Origin: Candidatus Woesearchaeota archaeon
Lineage (GTDB): Archaea > Nanobdellota > Nanobdellia > SCGC-AAA011-G17 > GW2011-AR18
Direction of reading: 5' to 3'
Assembly (NCBI GenBank): GCA_018302765.1
Contig: JAGVZG010000013.1
Coordinates: forward strand, 1 to 21,653
DNA: 21,653 nucleotides
Under the pieces are notes generated by a model. It worked only from the letters and a program-made list of their open reading frames with translations, ran no database searches and was not told the origin of the DNA. The translations under genes were made by a program, and so were the position numbers. Of the stretch, positions 6,752-15,993 are shown piece after piece. Numbering within the stretch: the first letter of the stretch is position 1; every line of letters begins with the position of its first letter.

Positions 6752-9700
6752 AAGCTAGAAGTTTATTTTTCCTTTTAATTGTTGTAGCTAGTTTTTTTTT
6801 AGTTGCAATCATTGTTAATGCTGAAGGCTGTTGTTTAAAGACTAAAGGTGACAACGGACAATATTGCGTTAGCGAAAGAGATGGAGCTAGTGCAGCCAAT
6901 TGCGAAAGTAGTATGTGGTTCTCAGAAGATTGTGATGCAAAGGACCAGTGCAAGAACAAAGGTTGTTGCTATGTTGATAATGACTGCAGAGATGATCAAC
7001 TTGAGATAAAATGCATTGGCAGTGCAGGTGAGTTTAGCAGTGGCAACTGCGAAAGTACACCAAGGTGCAAGAAACTTTGCTGTCAGGCAAGCGATGAGGA
7101 GTCTTCTGGTTATTTTTATACTACTCAGAGTGGGTGCGATGCTATGCAGGGTGTTGAAAAATCAGACGTAACTGATGAGGCTTCTTGCGAAAATCTTAAC
7201 AGAGGTCTTGATGCTCAGAGAGGATGCTGTGTTTTAGATAGTGGTGAATGCAAAAGAATGTTGAATGATGAATGCAATAGAGTAGGAAGTCAGCCTCCTT
7301 ATGAGGGGTTTTTTTGTAGAGATGTTGGTGCTTGCGATCCTAAGTGTGAGGGAAAATATCGTATTGGGCCAGGTAATCCAAGAATAAGCGAAGAGTCTAA
7401 TAAAATTTATTGGTATGACAGCTGTGGAAATCAAGAGGACTTAGTTGATGAGACTGATCCAATTGAAGCATTTAAGCATGCAGGATTTGATGAGCCATTC
7501 AATGGCGATTGTGATGCAGATCCTTCTTCTGCAGTAGTTTTGACAAATGAGGGACAGTTTACTTGTGCTAATTTAGTTTGCAACAATATTTGGGATAACC
7601 CAAGAACAGATGAGAATTACAATGGAAATTTGCGTGATGATAATTTTTTTGATTTTGCTGAAAGAAGAAGTTTTAGGTATAACGGAGAGAGCTGGTGCGA
7701 ATATGTACAGGCAAAGGTTGGTTTTGGCTTAGACCTTCCTGGAACTAGACATTATTTGCATTACTGTGAAAGGGGCAATGAAAGAGTTGATGAGAAGGCG
7801 TCTGATGGAGGCAGAGATTACGTATGTGCTGAGAGTTTTTTGGATAAGACAAAAAGAAAAACAGATGGAACTCAAGTTACTTATACAATGACCAATGCTA
7901 CTTGGATTAAGAATAATGCTGCTGATTGTTTTAAATGTAATGACAAAGCTGTTGTTGATTCAGGACATGTTTTAGATTGCTGCAGGCAAAAACAAACCTG
8001 TTCTTATGTATTTAGAAAAGCAATAAAGCCAGACACTGTAATTATAAATATTAATGAGCAGGAGTACAATAACATTAAAGATTCTGTAGGCAAAGCAAAT
8101 AGGTTTTTGAAATTAAGATACAAGATTAGTGATTCTGTTATCAAGGAAGAAAATTTATTGTCCGCTGTTAGAATACCTGGCTCTTGCAGTGGGGGCTGTA
8201 ATTTAGAAATTATCAATCCACCAGTTGGTGAATATGAAGTATTTGTTTATGGAAGAGGCTGTGACTCTCTTGGTTTGATTTGTGAAACTAGAGAAGTGAC
8301 TTTAGGGAAGAGAACTTTTAAGCCTGCTGATTTACAAGGTGTTTGTCTGCCTTTAATTGCTCCTACAGGAAATGAGTTCTGCAGTTCCTTTGCTGACTAT
8401 GGTTTTTCCAAGGTTGACACTTCAGTGAGTTATAATTATTATTATGATTTACCTTATGTTGGTTTTGGTTTTGGTGATGAGTGCCAGAATACTTCTGGTT
8501 GCATAGACCTTCTTTATAAAAAGACAAACAATTTAAATAATTTAAAATCAAGCGAAGGTTCTTTAATTATGTTAGATAATATTTATTCCTTGTGCAGTGC
8601 TTTTGGCGATTGCGGCTACAAGCCGAATCTTTTGGGAATTATGGGAAACAATATTTCCAGCAGTTTGAATGCATTTAGCTTTTGCCCTCGCGGCTCTGAC
8701 AGTGGCTGTGTTTATTTTACTTATTCAGAGGTAATTAAGCTTCAAGGAAAGAAATTTTTAGGCATTTTGAATGGCACGCCATCTAGACCTGAAATTAAAA
8801 CAGATATAAATCCTTTATTTTTTGGACTGCCTTTATCTTTATTTAGAAGGAAGAAAAATAAAAAAATGTTTATTGCTTTTTTAATATTACTTCATTTAAT
8901 TCTTATTGCTTGTGAGGAAGGCGGAAGATATTTGCAAGGACATCCAGATTTACAGTCTTTTGATTGCAATAAATTGATACCTGCTTCTGGAGCTGCTGAT
9001 TGTGGAAAGTGCAATGCAAACTGGAGCTCTGGTGGAATTCTTCCAGATATTAATTTAACAACAGCTGACGGCAAATTAGTTTATCAGTGCACTCCTGAAC
9101 TTTGTTATAGTTTAGGAGTTAAAGATCAGCAGTGCGAGTTTGTTCCTAATAAAGAAGCAGGAGGACTTTGCATTACTAAGGAAAGCTTTAACATTCCTAG
9201 GATAAGTTTTGTTGGTGCAAATTATTCTTGCAGTAGTTTAAATAGAGGTGGTTGTTCAGCTAGCAGTTATCATATAGAAAATAGTGAAAGTCCTTATTTA
9301 TTTATTGATGGCAACTTAGAGGAAAATATACCTTTAACAATTAGTTTTAAAACTATAAACGTTAAGGAGGGTTCTGGAAATTCAGGAATGCCTGCTTTTT
9401 GTTATTATAGTAAAAATAAAGATACAGGCGATGATCGCAGATTAAAAAAATTAAATAGTATCGATTCTGAAGATGGTGGAAATCTTAAGATAGAGCACAA
9501 TTTTGATATAGCTGGAAAGCCGCTTGGACAGTATAATTATTTTATTCAATGCGAAGATCAGGCTGGAGATATTACTACTGTTGGTAATATTAGATTTAGC
9601 GTTGCAAGAGGACCTGATATTGGTGCGCCAAGAATAGCAAGAATAGAGCCTTCTGATGGAACTATTTACGTCAAGAATGGAATTTATGATAAAGATGTTA

Positions 9701-10587
9701 CTATTTTTGTAAACGGAAGAGTTAACTTGTGCAGATGGGACAATAAGAGTGTAAGATTTGAAGAAATGGGTGTTGTTACTAATGTGTGCAGAGGATGCAG
9801 TAATGATGGAAGAGATATAATTGATAGATATGTTGGACCTAATTCTTTCAGTTGTAGAGTAGATTCAGAGTCTGGCTTAAGTGTCTGCCCTGCTAATCTT
9901 AAATATATAAATTTAGGATCAAATAAGTTTTGGTTTGCATGCAATGGCACAAATGGAAAAATTTCTGAAATATCTCCAGAAAACGGCTATGAAATTATAA
10001 GTACTAGTTCGTTAAACATCACTGATGTAAGTTGTGAGCATAGTTTAGGAAACGGTTGTGACAAAATTTATGATAATTATTTTAATTTTTTAATAAAGAC
10101 TTCAGGAGGAGCAGAAAGTGGAAGGGCTCAATGCAGGTGGGCGCCTGATGGCTATGACTATGATTCTTTCACTGAGCCTGGCTTTGATTATAGAGGCTTA
10201 ATAACCGTATCTAAGTATGGCATTGTACACAAGAAGCTTAATTACGCCCATGATACAGGAGTTGTGAAAATGAATTTCTTGTGCAATGATGTTGCTGGAA
10301 ATATTGCCCAGAAAAGTTTAACAATAAGTATAGAAAGAGACGTGAACCCACCTAAAATAACTAAATCTTATAGATACGGTAATGAACTATACGTTCAAAC
10401 GAATGAAATTAGTAATTGTTATTATATATCAAGCACATTTGGCAGTTTTGATAATTCAACACAATTTACTACGTCTGACGGTTTGGAACATCATACAAGT
10501 ATTGAAACTAATTTTTATAGAATTAGATGTGAAGACAAGTTTAATAATAAAAAAGATATGGACATTTATATTAGCAAGTTACAGTAA
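6748..10587 (+). CDS. Module 1 giant Cys-rich exported protein (1279 aa) with internal hydrophobic segment and C-terminal Ig-like repeats
   Basis: Sec-type leader ending VNA/EG; four CC-repeats; YDSCGN, NGESWCEY, LPGTRHY and GDCG core motifs; four C-x-(Y/W)...C-x-D-x-x-G-N type domains; many N-X-S/T sequons. Confidence 0.85.
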   Translation: MKARSLFFLLIVVASFFLVAIIVNAEGCCLKTKGDNGQYCVSERDGASAANCESSMWFSEDCDAKDQCKNKGCCYVDNDCRDDQLEIKCIGSAGEFSSGNCESTPRCKKLCCQASDEESSGYFYTTQSGCDAMQGVEKSDVTDEASCENLNRGLDAQRGCCVLDSGECKRMLNDECNRVGSQPPYEGFFCRDVGACDPKCEGKYRIGPGNPRISEESNKIYWYDSCGNQEDLVDETDPIEAFKHAGFDEPFNGDCDADPSSAVVLTNEGQFTCANLVCNNIWDNPRTDENYNGNLRDDNFFDFAERRSFRYNGESWCEYVQAKVGFGLDLPGTRHYLHYCERGNERVDEKASDGGRDYVCAESFLDKTKRKTDGTQVTYTMTNATWIKNNAADCFKCNDKAVVDSGHVLDCCRQKQTCSYVFRKAIKPDTVIININEQEYNNIKDSVGKANRFLKLRYKISDSVIKEENLLSAVRIPGSCSGGCNLEIINPPVGEYEVFVYGRGCDSLGLICETREVTLGKRTFKPADLQGVCLPLIAPTGNEFCSSFADYGFSKVDTSVSYNYYYDLPYVGFGFGDECQNTSGCIDLLYKKTNNLNNLKSSEGSLIMLDNIYSLCSAFGDCGYKPNLLGIMGNNISSSLNAFSFCPRGSDSGCVYFTYSEVIKLQGKKFLGILNGTPSRPEIKTDINPLFFGLPLSLFRRKKNKKMFIAFLILLHLILIACEEGGRYLQGHPDLQSFDCNKLIPASGAADCGKCNANWSSGGILPDINLTTADGKLVYQCTPELCYSLGVKDQQCEFVPNKEAGGLCITKESFNIPRISFVGANYSCSSLNRGGCSASSYHIENSESPYLFIDGNLEENIPLTISFKTINVKEGSGNSGMPAFCYYSKNKDTGDDRRLKKLNSIDSEDGGNLKIEHNFDIAGKPLGQYNYFIQCEDQAGDITTVGNIRFSVARGPDIGAPRIARIEPSDGTIYVKNGIYDKDVTIFVNGRVNLCRWDNKSVRFEEMGVVTNVCRGCSNDGRDIIDRYVGPNSFSCRVDSESGLSVCPANLKYINLGSNKFWFACNGTNGKISEISPENGYEIISTSSLNITDVSCEHSLGNGCDKIYDNYFNFLIKTSGGAESGRAQCRWAPDGYDYDSFTEPGFDYRGLITVSKYGIVHKKLNYAHDTGVVKMNFLCNDVAGNIAQKSLTISIERDVNPPKITKSYRYGNELYVQTNEISNCYYISSTFGSFDNSTQFTTSDGLEHHTSIETNFYRIRCEDKFNNKKDMDIYISKLQ
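10565..10572 (+). promoter_or_regulatory. Candidate TATA box for module 2, embedded in the last codons of the module 1 giant gene
   Basis: GGACA-TTTATATT, 21 nt before the ATG at 10594. Confidence 0.45.
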
Positions 10588-10593
10588 TTGATT

Positions 10594-11394
10594 ATGAAAA
10601 AAAGAGGACAGCTTTCAGTTTTTATTGTGGTAGGGATTGTTTTGATAGTTGTTTTTATGCTGTTTTTTTTCTTCAGGGATAAAATTACCAAGACATTAAG
10701 AGAGGAACCAATAAACCCACAGGAATATTTGAATCAGCAACTTGATGACATAAAGATGGAAATTGGAAGGTGCGTTAATCAAGAGACAAGCAAAGCGTCT
10801 AAATTATTAATGGAAAACGGAGGAGTATTTAATAGAAAATTCGGATTTATTCGTTATATTAATATTAGTTATCCTGTATTATGCAGAGAAATTAATGGCA
10901 CTGGATCTTGCTTAGCTGAACCGATATTGATTTCTAATTTACAAGGTAAACTTGGTACTTATTTGCCAGAAAAAATAAATAAATGTATTAATCTTGAAAG
11001 CTTTAAGAATAAGGACTATAGTCTTGTTTTCAGAGTTGGTAATTTAACAGCAGTTATTCTTGATGAAATTATAGTTGTTGATTTAGGTTTTTATGTTAAG
11101 TTAAGTAAAGGCCCTTATATTGCTGAAAAAGATAGCTTTGTTTATAATTTAAATATTCCTTTAGGTGCTTTTTCTAAACTTGCTAATAGTCTTTTGCAAG
11201 TTAAGGCTGGAGGCACTGAGATAAATTCATTATTTTATGAATTATTATCTTTTAATAAGTATTTAATACAAGTCAGGAAGCCTTATCCAGATGAAGTTTA
11301 TGATATTACTTTAACAAATAATGATAAATATCATTTTTATTTTGCTATTGAAGGCATTGGAAGATATGAAAGGGTAGAGGGAAGACTTAGATGA
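10594..11394 (+). CDS. Module 2 small protein: class III signal peptide (type IV pilin-like) protein
   Basis: MKKRG/QLSVFIVVGIVL leader, NPQEYL shared with module 1, 4 Cys, KPYPD shared with module 3, FYFAIE. The ORF track start at 10588 is TTG; ATG 10594 is preferred. Confidence 0.85.
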   Translation: MKKRGQLSVFIVVGIVLIVVFMLFFFFRDKITKTLREEPINPQEYLNQQLDDIKMEIGRCVNQETSKASKLLMENGGVFNRKFGFIRYINISYPVLCREINGTGSCLAEPILISNLQGKLGTYLPEKINKCINLESFKNKDYSLVFRVGNLTAVILDEIIVVDLGFYVKLSKGPYIAEKDSFVYNLNIPLGAFSKLANSLLQVKAGGTEINSLFYELLSFNKYLIQVRKPYPDEVYDITLTNNDKYHFYFAIEGIGRYERVEGRLR

Positions 11395-14300
11395 AAAAGA
11401 TGATTGTTTTTGAGACTATTTTTGAGATTTTTTTAGTTATAAGTCTAATATTTGTTTTTGCTTTATTCAATGCTGCTCAGGTTTATGCAGATGATCAGCA
11501 AGAAAAAAGAGTATGCTGCCAGAAAGCTGTGATTGATGGAGAAACAAGATACTGTCAGTATACTGAGAAGAGGAATTGTGATGCGAACTCTGGAGTATTT
11601 GACAATAGGTGTGAAGACGTGAGTGTTTGCAGGCCTGTGTGCTGCAACGTTAATAATTTAGGTTATTTAGCAAGCGGAGGGCAGGGATGTTTTAAGAGTG
11701 TTTCTATGAATTCTTGTGTTAATGAATTACATGGACAAGTTATACCTGATGCTCAATGCAATGTGCCTGAGTGCAAGAAAGGTTGCTGCACTGTTGGTAG
11801 TCAGTGCACTTTAACTACTTCTGACAACTGTCAGAATCTGACTAGTTCTTATTCAAATTTAGAGTTGAAATATAATCCAGATGTTAGTGATGAAATTGGA
11901 TGTTTGAGTTCATGCAGATCTCAAAATCGTGGCTGTTGCATTACTAAAGGCGAGAGTGGAATAAGTGCTTCGTCTTGCAGAATGATTACTTTTGGTGAAT
12001 GCAATTCTGCAAACGGTCAATTTTATGAAGGCACTTCTTGCGTTGATCTTCCTGCTGATGTTCGTGACTGCGACAAATGTAAATACAGTAATGATGAGAA
12101 GAAATTAGGATGCGTTCCTGATATTGATAGTGGAGAAGATGTTTATGAATATGACAAATGTGGAAATCCTGTTAAGGTTGCTAGTTTAGGATCAGACGGC
12201 AGAAACGGTGACTGTGATTATTCTAAAGGAAATATATGCAGGGAACAGAATGGAAGTGCTTTTTGCAGAAATTTAAATTGCAATTCAGATGAGATCTGGG
12301 ACAATCCTTTTGTTGATGAAAATGGAGATTGCTGTATTAGTAGAAATAAAGATGGAATTTGTGTAAATATGAAAGGTTCAGATGATGTATGCTGGACAAA
12401 TGATAAAGAGTTTCATGGTGACAATAAATTTAGAGTAAATGGAGAGAGCTGGTGCGAGTATGATGCAGATGCAGGACCGTCTAGAGATCTGCCTGGCACT
12501 AGACATTATGTTCACTCTTGCTATGAAGGAGAAGAAATAGTCCAGGAGTGCAAAGATTACAGAGAAGAATATTGCGTACAATTTATTGGTGGAGAGATCG
12601 ATCAGGCTTCTTGTGTTAAAAATAAGGCAGCAAAGGAGTCTTGCGCTAGTTGCGATAATGACCAACGATGCTGTGAGACAAAGTTTTCTGGAAGTTGTGT
12701 ATGGGTTCCTGAAAATCCTATTAATAATCAAAGAGTAGTTAGTGACGCTAGGAAGATATATGAAAATAAATGTAAATTTGACAAGGAACATGATAATAAT
12801 ACTGTTTGTTCTGCTCCACCAGAAGTTCCTAATGTTACTAGTAGTGGTACTAATGGCAAATGTGTTCCTTTAGTTCCTCCAGGCACTAAAGACAGAGAAG
12901 ATTTTTGTAAGGCTGCTAGCAAAAGTTTTGATACTTTATGGGTTACTTATGGATGGGGGAGTGATTATCATTGTGCTGGTGGCTGCGGGACATATATGAA
13001 AAAATTTGGTTATAATTATAATAATTATTGTAGAGCTTTAGGCGACTGTGGCGCTGATTTTAATTTAGCTGGTGAATGGAGCGATCAAGGTTTTGCTAGG
13101 AAGTGTGATCTTGTCGGTTTATCTTTCGATGATATAAAAGGCGACCAGTCTTCTGGCTATGTTACTGAAGGTCTTAGCGATGAAGAAGCTACAGACTTAG
13201 ATAATATTTATTATAAATATAAATTTGATGATTCTTATAAAGGTCAGCAGGAAAAACTTGTTGGGCTTGTTACAAACTGTAATAAGCCTTTAGAAATCCC
13301 TGATACTTACAGAGGGAAAATAGAATCATTTGTTGACTTCTCTAAATACAAAGGAAGTTTATTTTACAATCTAGAAAATTTTGGTTCTATAGATTTAGGT
13401 GCATTTACTAGAGGCAAAGACGCTATGAAATGGATAGGTATTATTGCTTCTGTTATATTTGTTGTTGGTGTAGCTCTTAAGGCTACTTTAATTGCTTTAA
13501 CATTTCTGGGTAAAGTATTGATCGCCTTTTTGAGTAACCCTTATACTATTGTCATCGCTCTTGTGCTTGCTGTTATATTAATAGTAACTTCAACTACAAT
13601 GGACTCTAAAGAGCAGAAAGTTAATGTTCAATGTAAACCTTGGACTCCACCTATTGGAAATAAAAATTGCAATTTATGTTATGAGTCAGGTTATCGTGAG
13701 TATATAGATTTTAATAATCATGATGCAGATCCGAAGACTGGTTACGTTAAGGAATTTGTAGACTTGACTGCTGGAGGCTTACATCATTGCACTCCTTATC
13801 TTTGCTGGAGTCTAGGACAGGGTTGCAAGTTTGTTGAAACCAATGATGGAAATAAATGTGTAGCTCAGGAATGTACTTCTAATGCACCTAAGAGAAAACC
13901 ATTGTCAAAACTTCAAGAATTAAACCTTGCAAGCTGCAGAGATAGTGATGACTCTGTTACAGGCAAAATAATTCCTTGTACTGCAAGCAATGTTGTCACA
14001 GATATTGGCCGTGGTGGTTATGAAATTAAATACGTTAAAGAAAATACTGATATTACTGTTGGTGTAGAAACTGACAAATTAGCTGTTTGCAAATGGGACT
14101 GGGAAAGGAAATCTGACTATGAGGAATTAACTAAATATTTTGACCAGAGTGCAGCATCAACAACACACACTGTTACTTTGGAAGCTGACAGAGATTTATT
14201 ACCAGGTGCACAAAAAACAATTAATGTAATTTGTAAAGATACTTGTGGCAATCCAGGAGGAAGTTATCCTTCTTATACAATAAATATTAAAGTTTCTAAA

Positions 14301-15176
14301 ATGAGAGACTTGGGAGCTCCTGCGTTTGTAAGTATAGATCCTCCTGATAATTCTCCTGTTAAGTCAGATTTAATAGCCAATGTGACTGACGTATTAATTA
14401 AATTGAGTGAGCCAGCAACATGCAGGTGGGGCAGAACAAATGATCCTTATGAAATTATGAAAGGGATTGCTCCTAATTGTGATACACCTTCTAGAGGATG
14501 TACAATACATTTAACAGGAATACAAGAAGGAGTAAATACTTTTTTTATAAGGTGCAAAGATAAATCAAATAATACAAATATAGATGCCTTGCCAAACAAT
14601 AATGGCTATAGATTGATAAGAAGCAAGCCATTACAAATAACAAATATCAGATGCTTAAACAGTTTTGACGACAAATGCGGAACAATTTATGACAGTAATT
14701 TTACATTAGAGGTGACTACTGCTGACGGAGGCTATAATGGTAAATCAATTTGTTTTGCTTTGAGTAGCAATGGCTTGGAATATGAATTTTTTAAAACAGA
14801 TTCCAGTATTCATACACAGGTTGTAGGTCCTAGAAGCACAGGAAGCTACACTGAAAGAATTAAGTGCAAGGACTCAGTTGGAAATGAAGATGTTAAAACT
14901 GTTAATTTTACCATGATAAGGGATGAAGCACCTCCCAAATTACTGAAATTGAGTTTTGAAACAGGAAATTTGAATTTGCTGACTGATGAGATAGCAGTTT
15001 GCAAGTATGGAGACAACAGCAGTTTAATATTTAGTGAGATGATACAGTTTGATAGTACTGCAAATATAAAACATACAACTTCTGTTGGAGCAAGAAATTA
15101 TGTTCATGTTAAATGCGTTGACAGGTTTAATTACGTTGCAAGTTTTGATGTTTACAGGAGCGGAAAGTCAGGTTAA
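11391..15176 (+). CDS. Module 2 giant Cys-rich exported protein (1261 aa)
   Basis: Leader ending VYA/DD; four CC-repeats; YDKCGN, NGESWCEY, LPGTRHY, GDCG and CKPWTPP motifs; long hydrophobic stretch at 13431-13598; Ig-like C-terminal repeats. Confidence 0.85.
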   Translation: MKKMIVFETIFEIFLVISLIFVFALFNAAQVYADDQQEKRVCCQKAVIDGETRYCQYTEKRNCDANSGVFDNRCEDVSVCRPVCCNVNNLGYLASGGQGCFKSVSMNSCVNELHGQVIPDAQCNVPECKKGCCTVGSQCTLTTSDNCQNLTSSYSNLELKYNPDVSDEIGCLSSCRSQNRGCCITKGESGISASSCRMITFGECNSANGQFYEGTSCVDLPADVRDCDKCKYSNDEKKLGCVPDIDSGEDVYEYDKCGNPVKVASLGSDGRNGDCDYSKGNICREQNGSAFCRNLNCNSDEIWDNPFVDENGDCCISRNKDGICVNMKGSDDVCWTNDKEFHGDNKFRVNGESWCEYDADAGPSRDLPGTRHYVHSCYEGEEIVQECKDYREEYCVQFIGGEIDQASCVKNKAAKESCASCDNDQRCCETKFSGSCVWVPENPINNQRVVSDARKIYENKCKFDKEHDNNTVCSAPPEVPNVTSSGTNGKCVPLVPPGTKDREDFCKAASKSFDTLWVTYGWGSDYHCAGGCGTYMKKFGYNYNNYCRALGDCGADFNLAGEWSDQGFARKCDLVGLSFDDIKGDQSSGYVTEGLSDEEATDLDNIYYKYKFDDSYKGQQEKLVGLVTNCNKPLEIPDTYRGKIESFVDFSKYKGSLFYNLENFGSIDLGAFTRGKDAMKWIGIIASVIFVVGVALKATLIALTFLGKVLIAFLSNPYTIVIALVLAVILIVTSTTMDSKEQKVNVQCKPWTPPIGNKNCNLCYESGYREYIDFNNHDADPKTGYVKEFVDLTAGGLHHCTPYLCWSLGQGCKFVETNDGNKCVAQECTSNAPKRKPLSKLQELNLASCRDSDDSVTGKIIPCTASNVVTDIGRGGYEIKYVKENTDITVGVETDKLAVCKWDWERKSDYEELTKYFDQSAASTTHTVTLEADRDLLPGAQKTINVICKDTCGNPGGSYPSYTINIKVSKMRDLGAPAFVSIDPPDNSPVKSDLIANVTDVLIKLSEPATCRWGRTNDPYEIMKGIAPNCDTPSRGCTIHLTGIQEGVNTFFIRCKDKSNNTNIDALPNNNGYRLIRSKPLQITNIRCLNSFDDKCGTIYDSNFTLEVTTADGGYNGKSICFALSSNGLEYEFFKTDSSIHTQVVGPRSTGSYTERIKCKDSVGNEDVKTVNFTMIRDEAPPKLLKLSFETGNLNLLTDEIAVCKYGDNSSLIFSEMIQFDSTANIKHTTSVGARNYVHVKCVDRFNYVASFDVYRSGKSG

Positions 15177-15205
15177 TTGCAAATTTTCTAAAATAAACAA
15201 AAACA

Positions 15206-15213
15206 TTTATATA
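15206..15213 (+). promoter_or_regulatory. TATA box with BRE-like element for module 3
   Basis: CAAAAACA-TTTATATA, 21 nt before the ATG at 15235. Confidence 0.6.
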
Positions 15214-15234
15214 GAATAAATAATGATTAATGCT

Positions 15235-15993
15235 ATGCGTAAAAGAGGTCAGGCTACAGTATTTGCTATAATTGGAATTGTTATTCTTATAATAGTTGCA
15301 TTGTTTTTTTTCTTGAGAAATGAATTTGGTTTTTTTGTTGCACCGACAAGTTTTTTGAGCGACAAAGCTAAACCTATTGAAGATAACTTAAAGGGATGCA
15401 TAAACCAAGCTGTTTCTAATAATTTAAATTATTTTGGAAAACAAGGCGGGGATTTTGGTCCTACACGTTATGTTCTTTATGAAAGCAATAATGTCAAATA
15501 TTATTGCACCAATATTCCCAATGATGAAAAATGCCTGAATGTTATGCCTAGTTTGGATGAAATGATTGCTGCTCTGAATAGTAAAATACAAGATGATGTT
15601 AATGATTGCGTGGATAAAAGTTTAGTTGAGAGTGGCTTTGGATATAAAATAGAAGCAGGAAAAATAACAATAAATACTTTAGCTTCTGGACCAAGTTTGA
15701 TTGTTAAGGCGCATTATAATGTAAAAATTTTTAAGGATGAAAACAAATTTAGTGTCAGAGATATTACATTAAGTTATGATGCACCTCTTGAAGATATTTA
15801 TTCTGTTGCTGTTGATATAGTAAATGCTGAAGCAAGAGTTGGCTTTTTTGAGCAACTATTATATATGCTGAATAAAAAAGGGCAATTTATAATTAATTTA
15901 GATAAGCCATATCCTGATAAGATTTATAAAATTCATAAGAAAAATAGTAATTTTGAGTTTTGGTTAGCTATTGAGGGCGAGAGAAATATATGA
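15235..15993 (+). CDS. Module 3 small protein: class III signal peptide (type IV pilin-like) protein
   Basis: MRKRG/QATVFAIIGIVIL leader, 4 Cys, QGG, KPYPD, FWLAIE. The ORF track start is 15223; 15235 fits the TATA spacing. Confidence 0.85.
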   Translation: MRKRGQATVFAIIGIVILIIVALFFFLRNEFGFFVAPTSFLSDKAKPIEDNLKGCINQAVSNNLNYFGKQGGDFGPTRYVLYESNNVKYYCTNIPNDEKCLNVMPSLDEMIAALNSKIQDDVNDCVDKSLVESGFGYKIEAGKITINTLASGPSLIVKAHYNVKIFKDENKFSVRDITLSYDAPLEDIYSVAVDIVNAEARVGFFEQLLYMLNKKGQFIINLDKPYPDKIYKIHKKNSNFEFWLAIEGERNI

